A DNA stretch of 64,000 nt from Lepidodermella squamata (GCA_047495785.1 JBLDXI010000009.1:124001-188000); one strand, 5' to 3'. Shown: positions 12,729 to 25,612, counted from the stretch's first letter. Notes: generated from the letters alone by a model not told the origin. Numbers and translations: made by a program.

Positions 12729-15168
12729 ATGCATCTTGACAATCTTCTCGATCATCTCAATCCGTACGGTCCTTTCCAGGTAATAGCAAAAAGTGGATGC
12801 TTTGACACGTGATTTCAACTCTTGATCCCTAATATGTATCTCAGATAATCACATGGTTTGTGTTGTCAATTTTCACTTGCTTTCCACCGGCATGGCATCA
12901 ATTTGCGATAACATTTACGGCTTTCCGCCCGACTGAATTCAACTGCGCAGGTGGCCTCAATGGCTCGGCACTGCTCCAATCAGACAACTCCATCCACCGG
13001 TTGTCACCAATCGCCGGCCAACAGTGCCATTTCACTCGAGAACACTATTCAAGCAACTCGAGTGATGCGCAGTTGCTATCCGCTTCCAATGAGACATGCT
13101 CAGACAGCGGATGGTGGTACTCGGAAAATGACCCGGTTGACACTAGTCTAATAAAGCAGTGGGACTTGGTGTGCCACCGCGAGTACTTGTACGAGATCAT
13201 TAATACGGCTGAAGGAACTGGTGAGGTCATCGGCTGCATAGTCTTCGGCTACATTGCTGATAGGTAAACATGTTTTTTTTCAGCTGAGCAATACAAAATT
13301 GAAAAGGTGGTCCAATCAAGATGATCGATTACTTATCGTTGTTTCCTATAGGTTTGGACGAAAGGTAGGATTTTTCGGTTCGGCAGCTGCGTTATTCGCA
13401 AGCGGTCTGCTTTGCGCCTTCGCACCGATCCCCGCTCTCGCAGTGATAGCTCGGTTTGTGATCGGCATGGCTTTGACTGGCATGAATAATATTGGATTCT
13501 TAATGAACGCGGAACTATTCACACCAAACGTAATACAGCGTCGAATTTTATGATTAATTGCCAAGTTTGTACTAAAATTTCAGGCAAGGACCTTGTTTTC
13601 AACCGGCGGAGAGCTCATGTGGGCTTTGTAAGTTTTACATAGGCCTGAATCAAATTGTTTGCTAATTTTGTTGTGATTTACTGATAGAGCTGTCGTCTCA
13701 CTGGCTGGCATCGGCTATGGAATTCGCGATGCCATGTGGCTTGTGATTGCTATAACGCTTCCACTTGTTCTCATCACGCCCTTCTGGTGGTTTTTAAACG
13801 AGTCGATCCACTGGAACCTGTCGAAAGGCCGCATTGACAGTGTGAGGCATTCTCTGAAACGCATCGCTCGATTCAACAAGGTGACACTCGATGAAGAGCT
13901 GGTACAGCGCATTCTTGAGGAAGACGTCGAGCATGAGCGGCAAACGATCAAAAGCCAGCGATCCGTGACTAGTTCGAAACGGCCGAGTAAGGATGCATCG
14001 GTAGTGCATGACGCCAGTAGGACTGCTTCGATCACCTTGGCAGTAGCACCGCCGCCTTTCTCTTCCTCGCCATTGTCATCGCGCTCTTCGTCATCGTCGA
14101 CACTAGACGAGGCGAGCGGTGGAGTTCTCGACCTGTTTCGCACCCCGAAATTGCGGCTGATCACAATATTCCTAACGCTGCTGTGGTTCGCCAACACTAT
14201 GTGCTACTACGGCCTGCAACTAGCTGCGCAAGACATCGATGGGGTCGATTTTTACCTGTCTTTTTTCATTCTCGCTGTGGTTGAGGTGCCTTCTATTTTC
14301 GTCATGATCCCATCTATGCATTGGTATGATGAATTTAATTTCTAAATTTCTTTTAATTGATTATGGTACCGATTCAAACTGACAGGTTCGGCAGACGATG
14401 GGCTATAATTATTTATCAAATCTTGGGCGGTATTTCAATAGCGGCCGTTTCTTTCATACCGTCAGGTTTGTTCACAATTGATCCCACGAACCTTATACCT
14501 ACGATTTGTTCATCTTTTAACCAGGCCACGAAGTATTGACAATCAGCATTGCGGCATTTGGCAAATTTGCGGTCTGCTGCTCATTCAGTATGAAAACTAA
14601 CCTTCAATTTGCGAAACTTAAATGTATCGAATTCTTTCATTCACTCTTTAGCGGCTCTATATGTTTACGCTGTTGAACTTTTCCCAACTGTGCTGCGCGG
14701 AACAGGCTTCGGTGTTATCTCTGTTATAGGACGCGTCGGCATGATTGTGGCACCGCTGGTCAACAGCCTTGGATATGGCGAGGCGTAAGTTCAATTTTGT
14801 TTCAAGATGCACCCCATTTAAAAAGGAACAACGTCTTGCTTCATAGGGGATCTTCTGCACCCTGGCTTCGAAACATAATCTACGCGGCGAGTATGTTTAT
14901 AACTGGATTTTTGACGGTTAGTTTCAACGATTTCCCAACTTGAATAATATGCCTTATGCCTGTACTCGACACAGCTTCCACTGCCAGAAACCAACCATAA
15001 CCCATTAGCTGATACTATTGCGGTAAATACATACCATTTTATCTAGTTGTGGATATCATCTCGTTATTGTTTGTTTCACAGGAAATGGAAAACTATGCGG
15101 AATATTGCCGAGACTATCACCATGCAGCTGAGTTGAAGAAGCCCACTAAATCCGACGCTGAAAACTAG
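12729..15168 (+). CDS. SLC22-like organic ion transporter, paralog 2
   Basis: MHLDNLLDHLNPYGPFQ, QWDLVC, GYIADRFGRK, AELFTP, ESIHW, NTMCYYGL, VELFPTVLRG, LPETNHNPLADTI; intron positions shared with paralogs 1 and 3. Confidence 0.9.
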
Positions 15169-16003
15169 AGTGTTTAGAGCTAAACTAATTAAAAATGTGA
15201 TTAATTTCTGCACCAATTCAATAGCTGAATATTTGTTCTAATACCTGTAATAAACTTGCACTTGAAACTTTATGCCTTTCTATAATTGACATGGACAGCA
15301 ACGGTAAAAGGCAAAAGGAAAAAAAAACTGCATGAAAACTGCAGGTCACACGCAATGTTAAGCGAAATCAACTAATGTCCTTGCATTACGGGTTATACAA
15401 AACACAATTAACATATTGTCGAATAAGAGTTTATGAGAGTTTTCCCTTGATGTTAACAGCCTTTCTGTCCGAATAGGCTAGGCAATATTTATGCGGTGGT
15501 ATATTGATCCTATCACCTCCCTTAAAAATGTTAACAAAGTGAATATAGCGAGGAAGGAAGATGAAGAAGGCCATGCGGTGAAAGGGCAGCGAGAAAAAAT
15601 AACAGAATCCGTAAACAAGTGAACGACTTTAAACCATGAATAACCTATAACCTCATTTCAAATCCCATCTTCTGTACGTACATTTTCATTCACTTTTTGC
15701 AGTAATTACTTTCTCAACTAAATGGACACGATCATATGAGTTTACGACAAATACTACGAACGTTGTAGGTATAGGAGCATTTTTGTACGCAATTTTCGAG
15801 CAGAGCAGATTCACTGGCTTTTTACCGCAACGTTCAATAAGCTTCGAAAAGCATAACGTCATATCGTCGTGAGAGGCCGATCCTTATCACAACTCTCGTT
15901 ACCGAAGCCCGTCCTTATCAGCCACAGCTATGAACAGCTCTATATGTTAATAGATATTCATCGTTTATAAGCAGCACGGCCAACTAAATATCTACTTTCT
16001 ACT

Positions 16004-17889
16004 ATGGTTTCAGAAGTCTTTAAATACGTTATTCGGGAATGCCGTCGGAGAACATTTGACGCACGCCGGCTGACCCGTGAACTGCAAACAATGCCCGAAC
16101 AACACTACGAACAACAGTTCAACAATGATTTCGCAGAACGCGTTGTTCGTGCTCGAACATCATTCGACGCGTACCATTTGTTTTGCGACCTTTGGTTGAA
16201 GTTGAGCAATGAAACTATCGTTTGGGTGATTGTCACCGTCGAGCGTTATGACAATACGTTATTTGCTAGCTTCATAGCTCGGAATTTGTGGCAAGTTATG
16301 AAATCCCCTGAGAACTCCAACATGGCGGTCACTGCTAAGCAAGAAATGCGAGAAATACTAGATCAGCCGCGCAATCAATGTAGAACGGTATAACAGCCAC
16401 TCCTGTTTTCAATTAACTATTCTATTCCCTCCACTTGGAACTGCAGTTACGTGAAATGATGGAAAATGATCCACTACCTGACAGGTATTCCATCTTTTGC
16501 AGTTTCATCACTTTTCCTAACTCCATTTTTTTTAAATTTTCCTTTGATCAACACAGGCCTCATGCCGCAGGTAGGTCTTGGACTGCGTTCTAATGAACTA
16601 TTTGTTATTGATTTTGCACCGTTAGAGCCCACACTAACCGAACTACTACCTCAAAGTAGCCTCGCCGAGTGAGTTCTTGCCTTAAATCATCCTCGACTTT
16701 GTTACATTTCTCTTGGTCGCACCAGGCCTAGGGCTAACGAATCTGCTGTGGTTATCGACGGTATCGAATTTTAATTATGAATTCGAGGCTTGATTTTAAT
16801 ACGATGACTTTCAGCGTTGGGAAGTGTTCTCGGAACTCTACCCCAATCAGGTCCAGCCACTGAACAACCTTTAGGAATGATTGGAAGGTATCATCTTTGA
16901 GTTTTTATAAGCATCTGAAAAATAGTAATTTTTGAATCCCATGTTTAGCAATTCCTTTCAACATGCTGATCTTCCAGTTGCTCCAGTTGCTCCAGTTGCA
17001 GAGTCATCCATGGGTATATAATTTTGAAAGCCCATCCTTTAGTTCCTAGTTAGTAAGGTTCACGGCAATAGGTCACGGCAATGAACGGAATGGTCTTTTC
17101 GCGTCGTAGCGATATATTCCAGTTTCTAATTCTGATTCTGTTTCACAACAGTTAGCATTAGGTTAGTTCTCGGCGCCTCACCTCAGAGGTCGTAAAATCT
17201 ACTAGTTTATCCGGTTTAGATTTAATATATCGCAGAAGCGCAGTATGAGAATTATTGACAATACTTGTGGGCAGCCGGTTCCAAGCTGCGCGCCCACGCT
17301 TTGTAAAGCTGAACTGAAAGCTCGGATGTTCAAATCGTTTCATCACAACAGCATGAGCTGGTAAACGGCGATTTGAAGATATTTCGAAGAATGTCGAAAA
17401 GCTAGCATCCACACAGCCTAGGTACATTTTGTGGCATAGCGTAAGGTCAGGTTGAAAGCGTCTAATTTCAAGAGGACACAGTCTTTCATAATACGAGGCA
17501 ACTTCAATCAATGAATAGTAGTCACTTCTATACAACAGGGGTTTTGTGAACCGGGCTTGAACTAATCTCAGTTCCTATTTTCTAATACAGAAGGTGTATT
17601 ACCAAATCAGCCACTCGCTATTTTACCTGATGGCGAGGGAATGTCGGCACCTTCAGTAACTGCTTTGGTTGATTCCAAGTATGTTTTACTAGTTTAACTA
17701 TGTGACTATTATCATTATTATTGTAATTTCAATACCTCAGTGACTCAATGCAACGCAATTTAGGAGCCCAGAATTACGTGGCTGATTTGCAAAGGAATAA
17801 TACTCAGAGTAAGTTCTGCCGACCGCTTTAACTGTTGATCAGCTGAATTGTTTTTTGTTTCAGACTTGAGCGACTTGAGCCCAAGATAA
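16004..17889 (+). CDS. CARD-like domain plus Pro-rich micro-exon linker, no kinase (truncated paralog of 20403-23285)
   Basis: Ten exons (16004-16387, 16447-16484, 16557-16570, 16626-16668, ~16726/16732-16760, 16815-16887, 16949-17013, 17591-17678, 17741-17808, 17864-17889) collinear with the downstream copy; internal exon-length differences are multiples of 3; TAA at 17887-17889; AATAAA at 17991. Confidence 0.7.
17121..17563 (-). mobile_element. 5'-truncated non-LTR retrotransposon fragment (CR1/L2/Jockey-type ORF2 C-terminus) in an intron
   Basis: ORF 17158-17535 has SYYERL...LEIRR..DL..CHK..LG...F......R..H......FSFTKR...AWNRLP, typical of LINE ORF2 ends; (AGAATC)-like tail near 17125-17140; absent from the homologous intron of the paralog (21427-21583). 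Confidence 0.8.
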
Positions 17890-18187
17890 TGCTTCTTAAA
17901 GGCAGCAACCTGGCGATGAGCAGACATTGACGCTGCTAAAGCAGTGATTATCTCCTCATAGCGTGTAAAAACACGAAATCGAAGCACTGAAATAAATTTT
18001 AAAGTGACTAATTTCGAACTTTTTTCTCAGGATCAACTCTCAAACCGAATTCAAATCCACCGAAATTAAAATTACAGGTCCGAAATCTCCAAAACCGAAA
18101 ATTAGTAGATATGTATACAGTACCTGTAATAAAATTGCACTTGAAACATGTATGCCCGTCTATATCGACGTCGACGGCAACGGTAAG

Positions 18188-18688
18188 GCAGATGCGACCG
18201 GGTAACAGCACTTTACCACTCCGCGCCCGGGCCTCTTTAAAACTTGCCCGTATGCGACATTTACTGTAAATTTAACAAATTCGAAAGAATCACGCTTCAC
18301 CGCACACTGGCAGGCCAAGGTGTTGGCCCGAGCACGGCGGAGAACAATGGGAACCAGCACTATTGTTAAGCACTCGCGCACGCCTTACCTGGGCCGCCGG
18401 CTTCGGGCCGGGACTTGATACAGTTATCAAGTCGAGCGTTGGTTGTAGGATGGCCCAAGCCCGGCGACCCAAGCCCGACGGCTCGATTCCAGAGGCCCGA
18501 GCCCGGCGGCCCGAGTTAGTGCTGGTTCCCATTGTTCATCTCCGCCGTGCTCGGGCCAACACCTTGGCCGGCCCGTGTGCGGTGAAGCGCGATTCTTTCG
18601 AATTTGTTAAATTTACAGCAAATGTCACATACGGGCAAGTTTTAAAGAGGCCCGAGTGCGGAGCGGCAAATCATTCTTACCCGTCTGC
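18188..18688. mobile_element. Fold-back/MITE-like element with ~170-bp inverted arms
   Basis: 18188-18362 is the near-perfect reverse complement of 18517-18688 (e.g. AAAACTTGCCCGTATG / CATACGGGCAAGTTTT; GGGAACCAGCACTA / TAGTGCTGGTTCCC); nested GC-rich IR ~18390-18408 vs ~18494-18512. No transposase. Confidence 0.8.
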
Positions 18689-18787
18689 GTACGGGCCGGC
18701 CCGAACGCGTACGGGCAGAATTCGGACTCGGGCCCCAACAAGAACATTTCAAATCCTATCATCTGATGAAATTTAGCGCTACCTATA

Positions 18788-19209
18788 CCGTAGTTACCGA
18801 AATACTAACCCGGGCTTATACAAAAATGATACCTCGAAAAATGGGGAAAAGTAGGCTTCTATTCAACACTAGGCTTCTATTTGAGATAGGCCTATGCAAC
18901 GGAGACCTGACGTTACTTTCCGTCTTTCAATCTCAAAACTCATCAAAGTATTCATTATTAGTTATTAGCTAGGTCGTCTAATAGCTGGAAATCAAGACTA
19001 ATAAGGAAAGCTTTCACTAAAATCATCATAAACAGCAGATTATTAAATAGCAGATTAAACAGCGCATTTTTCGTTTTTAAATACCGTTCAGCGCAGCAGA
19101 GCACACGTGCCGTAGTAGCATAGGACTATGCATCGACGAATTTCAATTTACCTAGGCTTCTAATCGAGACAGGCTTCTAAACGAGTGGGGGCTTATATTT
19201 CGGTAACTA
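18788..19209. mobile_element. Tc1/pogo-type MITE
   Basis: Left end TA|CCGTAGTTACCGAAATA; right end TATTTCGGTAACTA followed by (TA)n (14-bp TIR); internal AGGCTTCTA repeats near both ends. Confidence 0.7.
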
Positions 19210-20402
19210 TATATATATATATATATATATTTTATTGTTATGAACAACAACAGCCCGCTGTTATTTATAAATAACAGTTGCCATAACGACACTGGAGTAA
19301 CTAGAATTTCTTTGGATATGTGTTTTAAGGTTTAGGATTATTTCATTTAACAGGTTCGTAGAGGAAAGAATTAATCATCTTGCTGCTGCGATAGGCTATT
19401 TCCGAAAGGATTCGATGGATGGTCGGTTTGTCGATTCCTAAATTGCGCAATGCGTCCACTGCCGGCTTGCAAATCGAGGCGCGAGATCCGAAATATAACC
19501 CCAGGACGGTTATCTTTTTCAGCTTCCTTGTTTTGTTGATATCTTCAATTCAAAAGTTTATTTCCGATAAATTTCATCAATCCTTTTATTCAAAAAAACA
19601 GGTTATTAAACATATCATCTGAGTGCAAACTTTCATTCAATTTTGGCGCAGTAAGTACTTTCTCAACTGAATGAACATGCTCATATGAATTAACCACTAA
19701 TACTACAAAAACGTTGTAGGTATACATAATAATGGCACGAGTTTCGCTTTTTTTACGCATTTTTAGACTCACGATGAGCATAATAGATTCACACTGGCTT
19801 TTTCCACTACGTGCAAGTGTCGAAAAGCAGCCGATTTAACACCCAAAAAACTTGGATTCATATCGTCGTGAGAGGCCGATCCTTATCGCAACTCTTATTG
19901 TTAATGCAGGCCGTCCTTATCACAGCCACGGCAGTGAAACTTAATCAGCTCTATATGTTATAATAGAAATTCATTTATTCGTTTAATCCAGGGGCTCTGT
20001 CCATCTTTCGAAGATACCACCCCTCGCCTACAATTACCGGACGATGTTGAAGCTACATATATATCCTCCTACCTTAACTACCTAACTACCCTTTGACTGG
20101 GTCTTTGACCATAATTAATAATAAATGTAAATAAAATATTAATCTGATAATATCTGCACGGAGTGTGACGTAGTGTGAGTATGCAATATAAATCGAACGA
20201 CGCACGCATATGCCTCTCGACGCTTACGTTATTCACTATATCGCCAAAGAAATATGATCATATTTGTGGTGCGCCCAAAGCTCAACCGTGGCCGGTGCTT
20301 TTTTATTACTTTTGAAACGATAAAACAAACAGCTCCTTCTTCTTCCTCTGTTAATAGAAATTCATCGTTTAAGCTCGGCCATCTAAATACCTACTTCCCT
20401 CT

Positions 20403-23285
20403 ATGGTTTTTGGTGGCTTTGAGCGCGTTATTCGGGAATGCCGTCGGAGAACATTTGACGCGCGCCGGCTGACCCGTGAACTGCAAACAATGCCCGAACA
20501 CTACGACCAACAGTTCAACAATGATTTTGTAGAACGCGTTGTTCGCGCTCGTACATCATTCGAGGCCTTGCATACTTTCTGTGACCTTTGGGCACGGTTG
20601 AGCAATGACACTATCATTTGGGTGATCGTCACCGTCGAGCGCTATGACCCTAGCTTTGCTAGCTTCATAGTTCGGAATTTGTGGCAAGTTCTAAAATCTC
20701 CTGAGAACTCCGACATGGCGGTCGCTGCTAAGCGAGAAATGCGAGAAATACTAAGTCAGCCGCGCAATCAATGTAGAACGGTATAACAGTCACTACTTTA
20801 AACTGTAACTATCCCATTCTATTTCCTCCATTTGGAACTACAGCTGCGTAACATGATGGAAACTGATCCACTGCCTGATAGGTATTCTATTTTTTCTAGT
20901 TTCATCACTTTTCCTAACTCGATTCTTTCAATTACCCCTTGATCAACACAGTCCTCTTGCCGCCGCGGGTAGGTCTTGGGCTGTGTTCTCTTGGAGTATT
21001 TTTAATATTTTGCACCGTTAGAGCCAGCCGCGCCCATATTAACCGAAATCCTAAATGAAAGAAACCGCCCAGGGTGAATTCTTGCCTTAAACCATCCTCG
21101 AATTCTCAAATAATACATTTCTCTTGGGCTTAGGGCTAACGAATCTGCTGTGGTTATGGACGGTATCGAATTAATTCTGAATACGAGGAGGCTTGATTTT
21201 AATACGATAATTTTTAGAGTTGGACGGTGTTCTTGGACTACCACCCCAATCAGGTCCTGGGCAACCATTAGAAATGATTGGAAGGTATTTTTTTTTATAA
21301 TTGTGTGTTATAAGCATATTCAAAGTTAGTAATTTTTAAACCCCATGTTTAGCGATTCCCTTCAACGTGTTGGTCCTCCAGTTGCTCCAGTTGCCCCAGT
21401 TGCTCCAGTTGCTCCACCATCAATGGGTATGTAATTTTGAGAGCGCATCCCCTAGTTAGTAAGGGCAAGTAAGGGTAAAATTGCGATAAAATCACGGTCT
21501 CAGCGACCTATTAGCATAAGTATATGCGGTCTTTTCGTGTCGTATCGATATACTCATGCTTTTTATCTCAGTTCCCATTACAGACCGTGTATTACCAAAT
21601 CAGCCGTTCGGTGTTTTACCTGATGGTGAGGGAATGTCGGCGCCTGCAATAGCTGCTTTGGCTGATTCCAAGTATGTTTTACTATTAGTTGTACTGTGAC
21701 TATCATCACCAATTGATTGTAACTCTAATACCACAGTGACTCAATGCAACGCGATTTAGGTGGCCAGAATTATTTGGCTGATTTGCGAAGAAATAATGCT
21801 CAGAGTAAGTTCTGCCGCCCGCCTCAGCCTCAGCCTGTTGATCAGCTGAATCGTTTTTGTTTCAGACTTGAGCGAGTTGATGATTGACAACCCGACCCAG
21901 AATGCTTTTTCAAGGCAACAACCTGGCGATGATCAACCTTCACCGACTGCCTCCTCTAATCAATCCCAACTTCACGCAGTGCAGCCACTCTCGGCCATGG
22001 CGAATCGCTTTAATGTCACAAACGAGTTAGGAAGTGGTAATTATTAGGGCCAGACGATTTGTTAACGTTTTTAAGTTTTGCAATTTCAAAACAAGGTGCA
22101 CAAGGCAGAGCCTTCATGGCGACCAGGCGAATTGATAACTCACAAGTCGTGCTCAAAGAAGTTCGCTTGCAAAAGATGAACAACGAGGCTGACCGCATTA
22201 GAGCTCGCCGAGAGGTATACATGCATTTATAGCATGGTAGAGTTATAGTTCATATGAGGTTATTTTCAGTCAAGGCTGCTCTCTAAACTAAGTCATCCTA
22301 ACATCATCGAAGTATTTACTGTATACCAAGGACCTAGTAAGTTATTGCAGATTTTCTGAAACCAACTGTCATCTATTTGATGTTTCAGGCCTCCTCTGCC
22401 TCGAATTGGAGTACTGCGCTGGCGGCGAGCTTTATCAGGCGATCAGATTGTACCGCCAAGCTGAGCCCCACGTTCAGTTGGACGAGCAACAACAGGTAAA
22501 TCATCCTTAGAATTATGAATAATATGGTAATATGACAACCTAATGAATATACCAACTATTTATGGGTTTTGAAAAAGATTGCGTTAACTGAAGTTTGAAT
22601 GAAATATTCTCATTTTAGATCAAACCTTGGATAAAACAACTGTCGGAGGCAACTAATTACTTGCATAGCAGAGGAATCGTTCATCGTGATATTAAACCTC
22701 ATGTAAAAATGGGAAAAGCGCGAAAATTGCTCTTATAAACCCCTTACCCACTTCCAGAATATTTTATTCAAAGATGCTGCACGGACGACGCTGAAGCTTA
22801 TCGATTTTGGAATGGCGAGGCAGTATGAAAGGTATTGAACTAACATATTTTGTTCATATAATTGTTTGCCATCCCAGGGACACAGCGACGAGTTTTTCTA
22901 CAACTGAATCACAAGGTTTGGTTGGAACCCTGCCTTACATGGCGCCGGAAGTATTCCAGAACGAAAGCGCTGAACTGGGCAACAATTACAAACGAGATGT
23001 TTGGGCTGTTGGAATTGTTCTCTACGAGCTAGCCATGCTGGACATCCCTTACAATAGTACAGACAAGTACGCCATCATCACTCAGATAATTAAGTAAGCT
23101 TCATCAGCAAATTATAATACCCACAATTAAACATGACCGTTGCCCGCAACAGCTATAGATTGCAACCCTTGAGCGAACTGCGCACCAGCCCATTGTTACG
23201 CAACTTGTGCGGGTTCATGCTAACGAGGAACCCCAACGATCGGCCCTCAATGTCGGATGCTTTGCAACACGAGTGGTTTCATTAA
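20403..23285 (+). CDS. CARD-like domain / Pro-rich linker / NEK-like Ser/Thr kinase
   Basis: Exons 20403-20780, 20844-20881, 20952-20968, 21022-21073, 21134-21162, 21218-21284, 21353-21426, 21584-21671, 21737-21804, 21866-22036 splice in frame into a kinase with LGSGAQG, VVLKEV, RRESRLLSKLSHPNII, EYCAGGEL, HRDIKPHN, DFG, GTLPYMAPE, DVWAVGIVLYEL, DRPS; stop 23283-23285. Confidence 0.85.
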
Positions 23286-23792
23286 CCAGCGCGCTGCCAT
23301 CAAATATAAATTACCTAAAATGGCTCTAGAAATGAGTTTAAAATGGTTCTATTCGATGTTCTATTTGATGCAAATGTTTACTAGCAAATAAAAATGGAAA
23401 GATTCAACATATCCTGATTTTTCTATTCTTCCAGCAAAGGTTCTCGTTATCCAGTGCTCCACTCGTTGGCAGTCGGAAAATTTGATAGCATGTAAAAGAA
23501 ACCTGGATTATATGAACAATTGAGCTCCTTATGCAGCTGAAATTCGAGTCTGGAAACACAGATTTCCCCCAATCCCTTTTTCCTAGTTACTACAGCAGTA
23601 ATTTAGGAACCACCATATATTTCTCAACTAACGCCTATATAAATAAGTATCTTCAACTTGCCCGTTAACCAGATTTGAACCTTACCAGAGACAACCTAGT
23701 GATCTAATTCTTTTAATTTGCCAAATAATTGGAACTCAATTTGTCCCTTTTACTGGCCTGAACGGCAATTCGGACATCAATACATTAGCATT

Positions 23793-23908
23793 CCCTCAGA
23801 CATGTATACTGTGATTACGAATTTTTTCACCTCTGTTTCCAAGTACTGATGTCTGGGGCCCCCTCAGACATCAGTAAATGGAAACGCAGGGTCCCCAGAC
23901 ATCAGTAC
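23793..23908. repeat. Short palindromic element upstream of the P450
   Basis: CTGTTTCCA..TACTGATGTCTG...CAGACATCAGTA..TGGAAACGCAG hairpin (23833-23889), plus further CAGACAT(CAGTAC) copies at ~23797 and ~23893-23908. Confidence 0.65.
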
Positions 23909-23990
23909 ATTATAGCATGCACGTATAAAAGTGCGTTTTTTGCCCCCGAGTTCAGACGATATTTTCAGCTTGTTTATTCCGGCAAAGGCC

Positions 23991-24028
23991 TATAAAAGCC
24001 GCCGTTCCTGGTTAGGAAAGGATCATTC
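23991..24028 (+). promoter_or_regulatory. TATA box and initiator-like motif of the P450
   Basis: TATAAAA at 23991-23997, TCATTC at 24023-24028, ATG at 24084. Confidence 0.5.
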
Positions 24029-24083
24029 GAAAAGTCTAACTAATATTTCAGTATACCTTCTGATATTCCTCATCTTGTGAAAA

Positions 24084-25612
24084 ATGATTGCTGTCGCTCT
24101 AGCGTTATCCGTTGTCGGATTTCTGTTTTATTCATCAAGGCGATTTCTTGGCGACAAGCGGTACAACCTTCCGCCCGGTCCAACGCCGGTACCATGGCTC
24201 GGCAACTTGAATTTGCTGATGGCTCTGCGAGGAAAGAAAGCGCTGTGGGAGTTCTACCGCGACATGGCCAATAAGTACGGACCAATCTTCACGTTTTACA
24301 TGGGCCCCATCCGAATGGTTGGTCTAAACGATGCAAAGGTAATCCACGAAGCGTTGGTTGAGAAGGGCAAAACCTTCAGTTGGCGCATCGAGCCGAGACT
24401 GCCGGGCTACGAGAAGATGCCGAATGCGATAGCGTTCGCTAGCCACGACGTTTGGCGAAAGAACAGGCGCTTCGCTGCTAAAGCAATGCGAGATTTCGGT
24501 AAGTTGAGCTGCAATATTCTTGATCTTTAAATAATAATTGAATTTTCCCATAAGGCATGGGCAAGGAACCTATGGCTGTCAAGATCCACGAAGAGGTGGA
24601 AGCCTTGTTCGAGGAGCTGCGCCAATTGAAGAAGCCTTTCAACCCATCGACCCTGCTGTCAAACGTTGTTTCGAATGTTGTTTGCTCGCTTGTTCTTGGC
24701 AAGCGTCTTCACTACGACGATCCTAATTTCAAGGAAGTAATGAATTTTGTACGGCCGTTGACTGAACACTCAACCGTGGAGAGTACTTCATTTCTGCTGT
24801 TTCCCGCTCTGAAACACTTCAAGACACCGGGGCAAGTCACGGCAATGCAGGAATGCGTAGATTTTGTGACGAAATTGGTCGCGCAAGCCATTGAAGAACA
24901 TCGTGCAGATTACAACAGAGATAACATTCGCGACTTTCCTGATATGTACTTACAATCGCATTCAGAACCCGATGGCGAACCCATCGACATGAAAGATTTC
25001 GGCACAATTATGATGGAGCTATTCTTGGCTGGTACCGAAACTACTGCAACTGCTCTGACGTGGGCGCTATTCTATTTGACCAAGAACCCCGAACTTCAAA
25101 GGAAGTGTCAGGAAGAGATCGACAGTGTCATTGATACTGATCGCTTGCCCACGTTACAAGATAGGCAAAAACTGGTGTACGTTGACGCCGTTATGCATGA
25201 AGTTCTGCGACACGCTGTCATCGGCCCGATGGCATTGTTCCACTCCAATTTGGACGAGCCCGCCACCGTCGCCGGCTACGACATCCCGCCAAATACAATG
25301 GTCATGTATAATATCGGCACTCAGCATTTCGACGAGACGTATTGGGAATCTGCCACCGAATTCAAGCCAGAGCGATGGATCAGTCCTGACAACAAATTAC
25401 TTTCCCATTCGTCGCATTTCATGCCGTTCGGCCTTGGACCCCGCGTTTGCGTCGGTGAGAGCCTAGCTCGCATGGAGTTTTTCATCTTTCTCACCGCTAT
25501 GCTACATCGCTTCGATTTCAAAATGACCACGCCCGACGTCAAGTACGAAGATGGTTTCTGCGGCCTCGTTCACAAAGCCCCATATTACGAAATTACAGCT
25601 GAAAGTCGTTAA
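24084..25612 (+). CDS. Cytochrome P450, clan 2 (CYP2-like)
   Basis: N-terminal anchor, PPGPTPVPWLGN, WRKNR, one intron 24499-24554, AGTETT, EVLR, PERW, heme motif FGLGPRVCVG. Confidence 0.95.

Larger units (their letters stand above)
15241..21930 (+). repeat. Tandem segmental duplication (unit A ~15241-18120; unit B from ~18121)
   Basis: TACCTGTAATAAA..TGCACTTGAAAC...GCAACGGTAA occurs at ~15242-15310 and ~18121-18190; upstream blocks ~15685-16000 and ~19632-20400 align; exons and introns align until ~17918 / ~21931. Confidence 0.85.

Noticed and set aside
18008-18776. Mirror-image ORFs sharing LRRARANTLA...KRDSFEFVKF
   Set aside because: Artefact of the inverted repeat; no protein motif.
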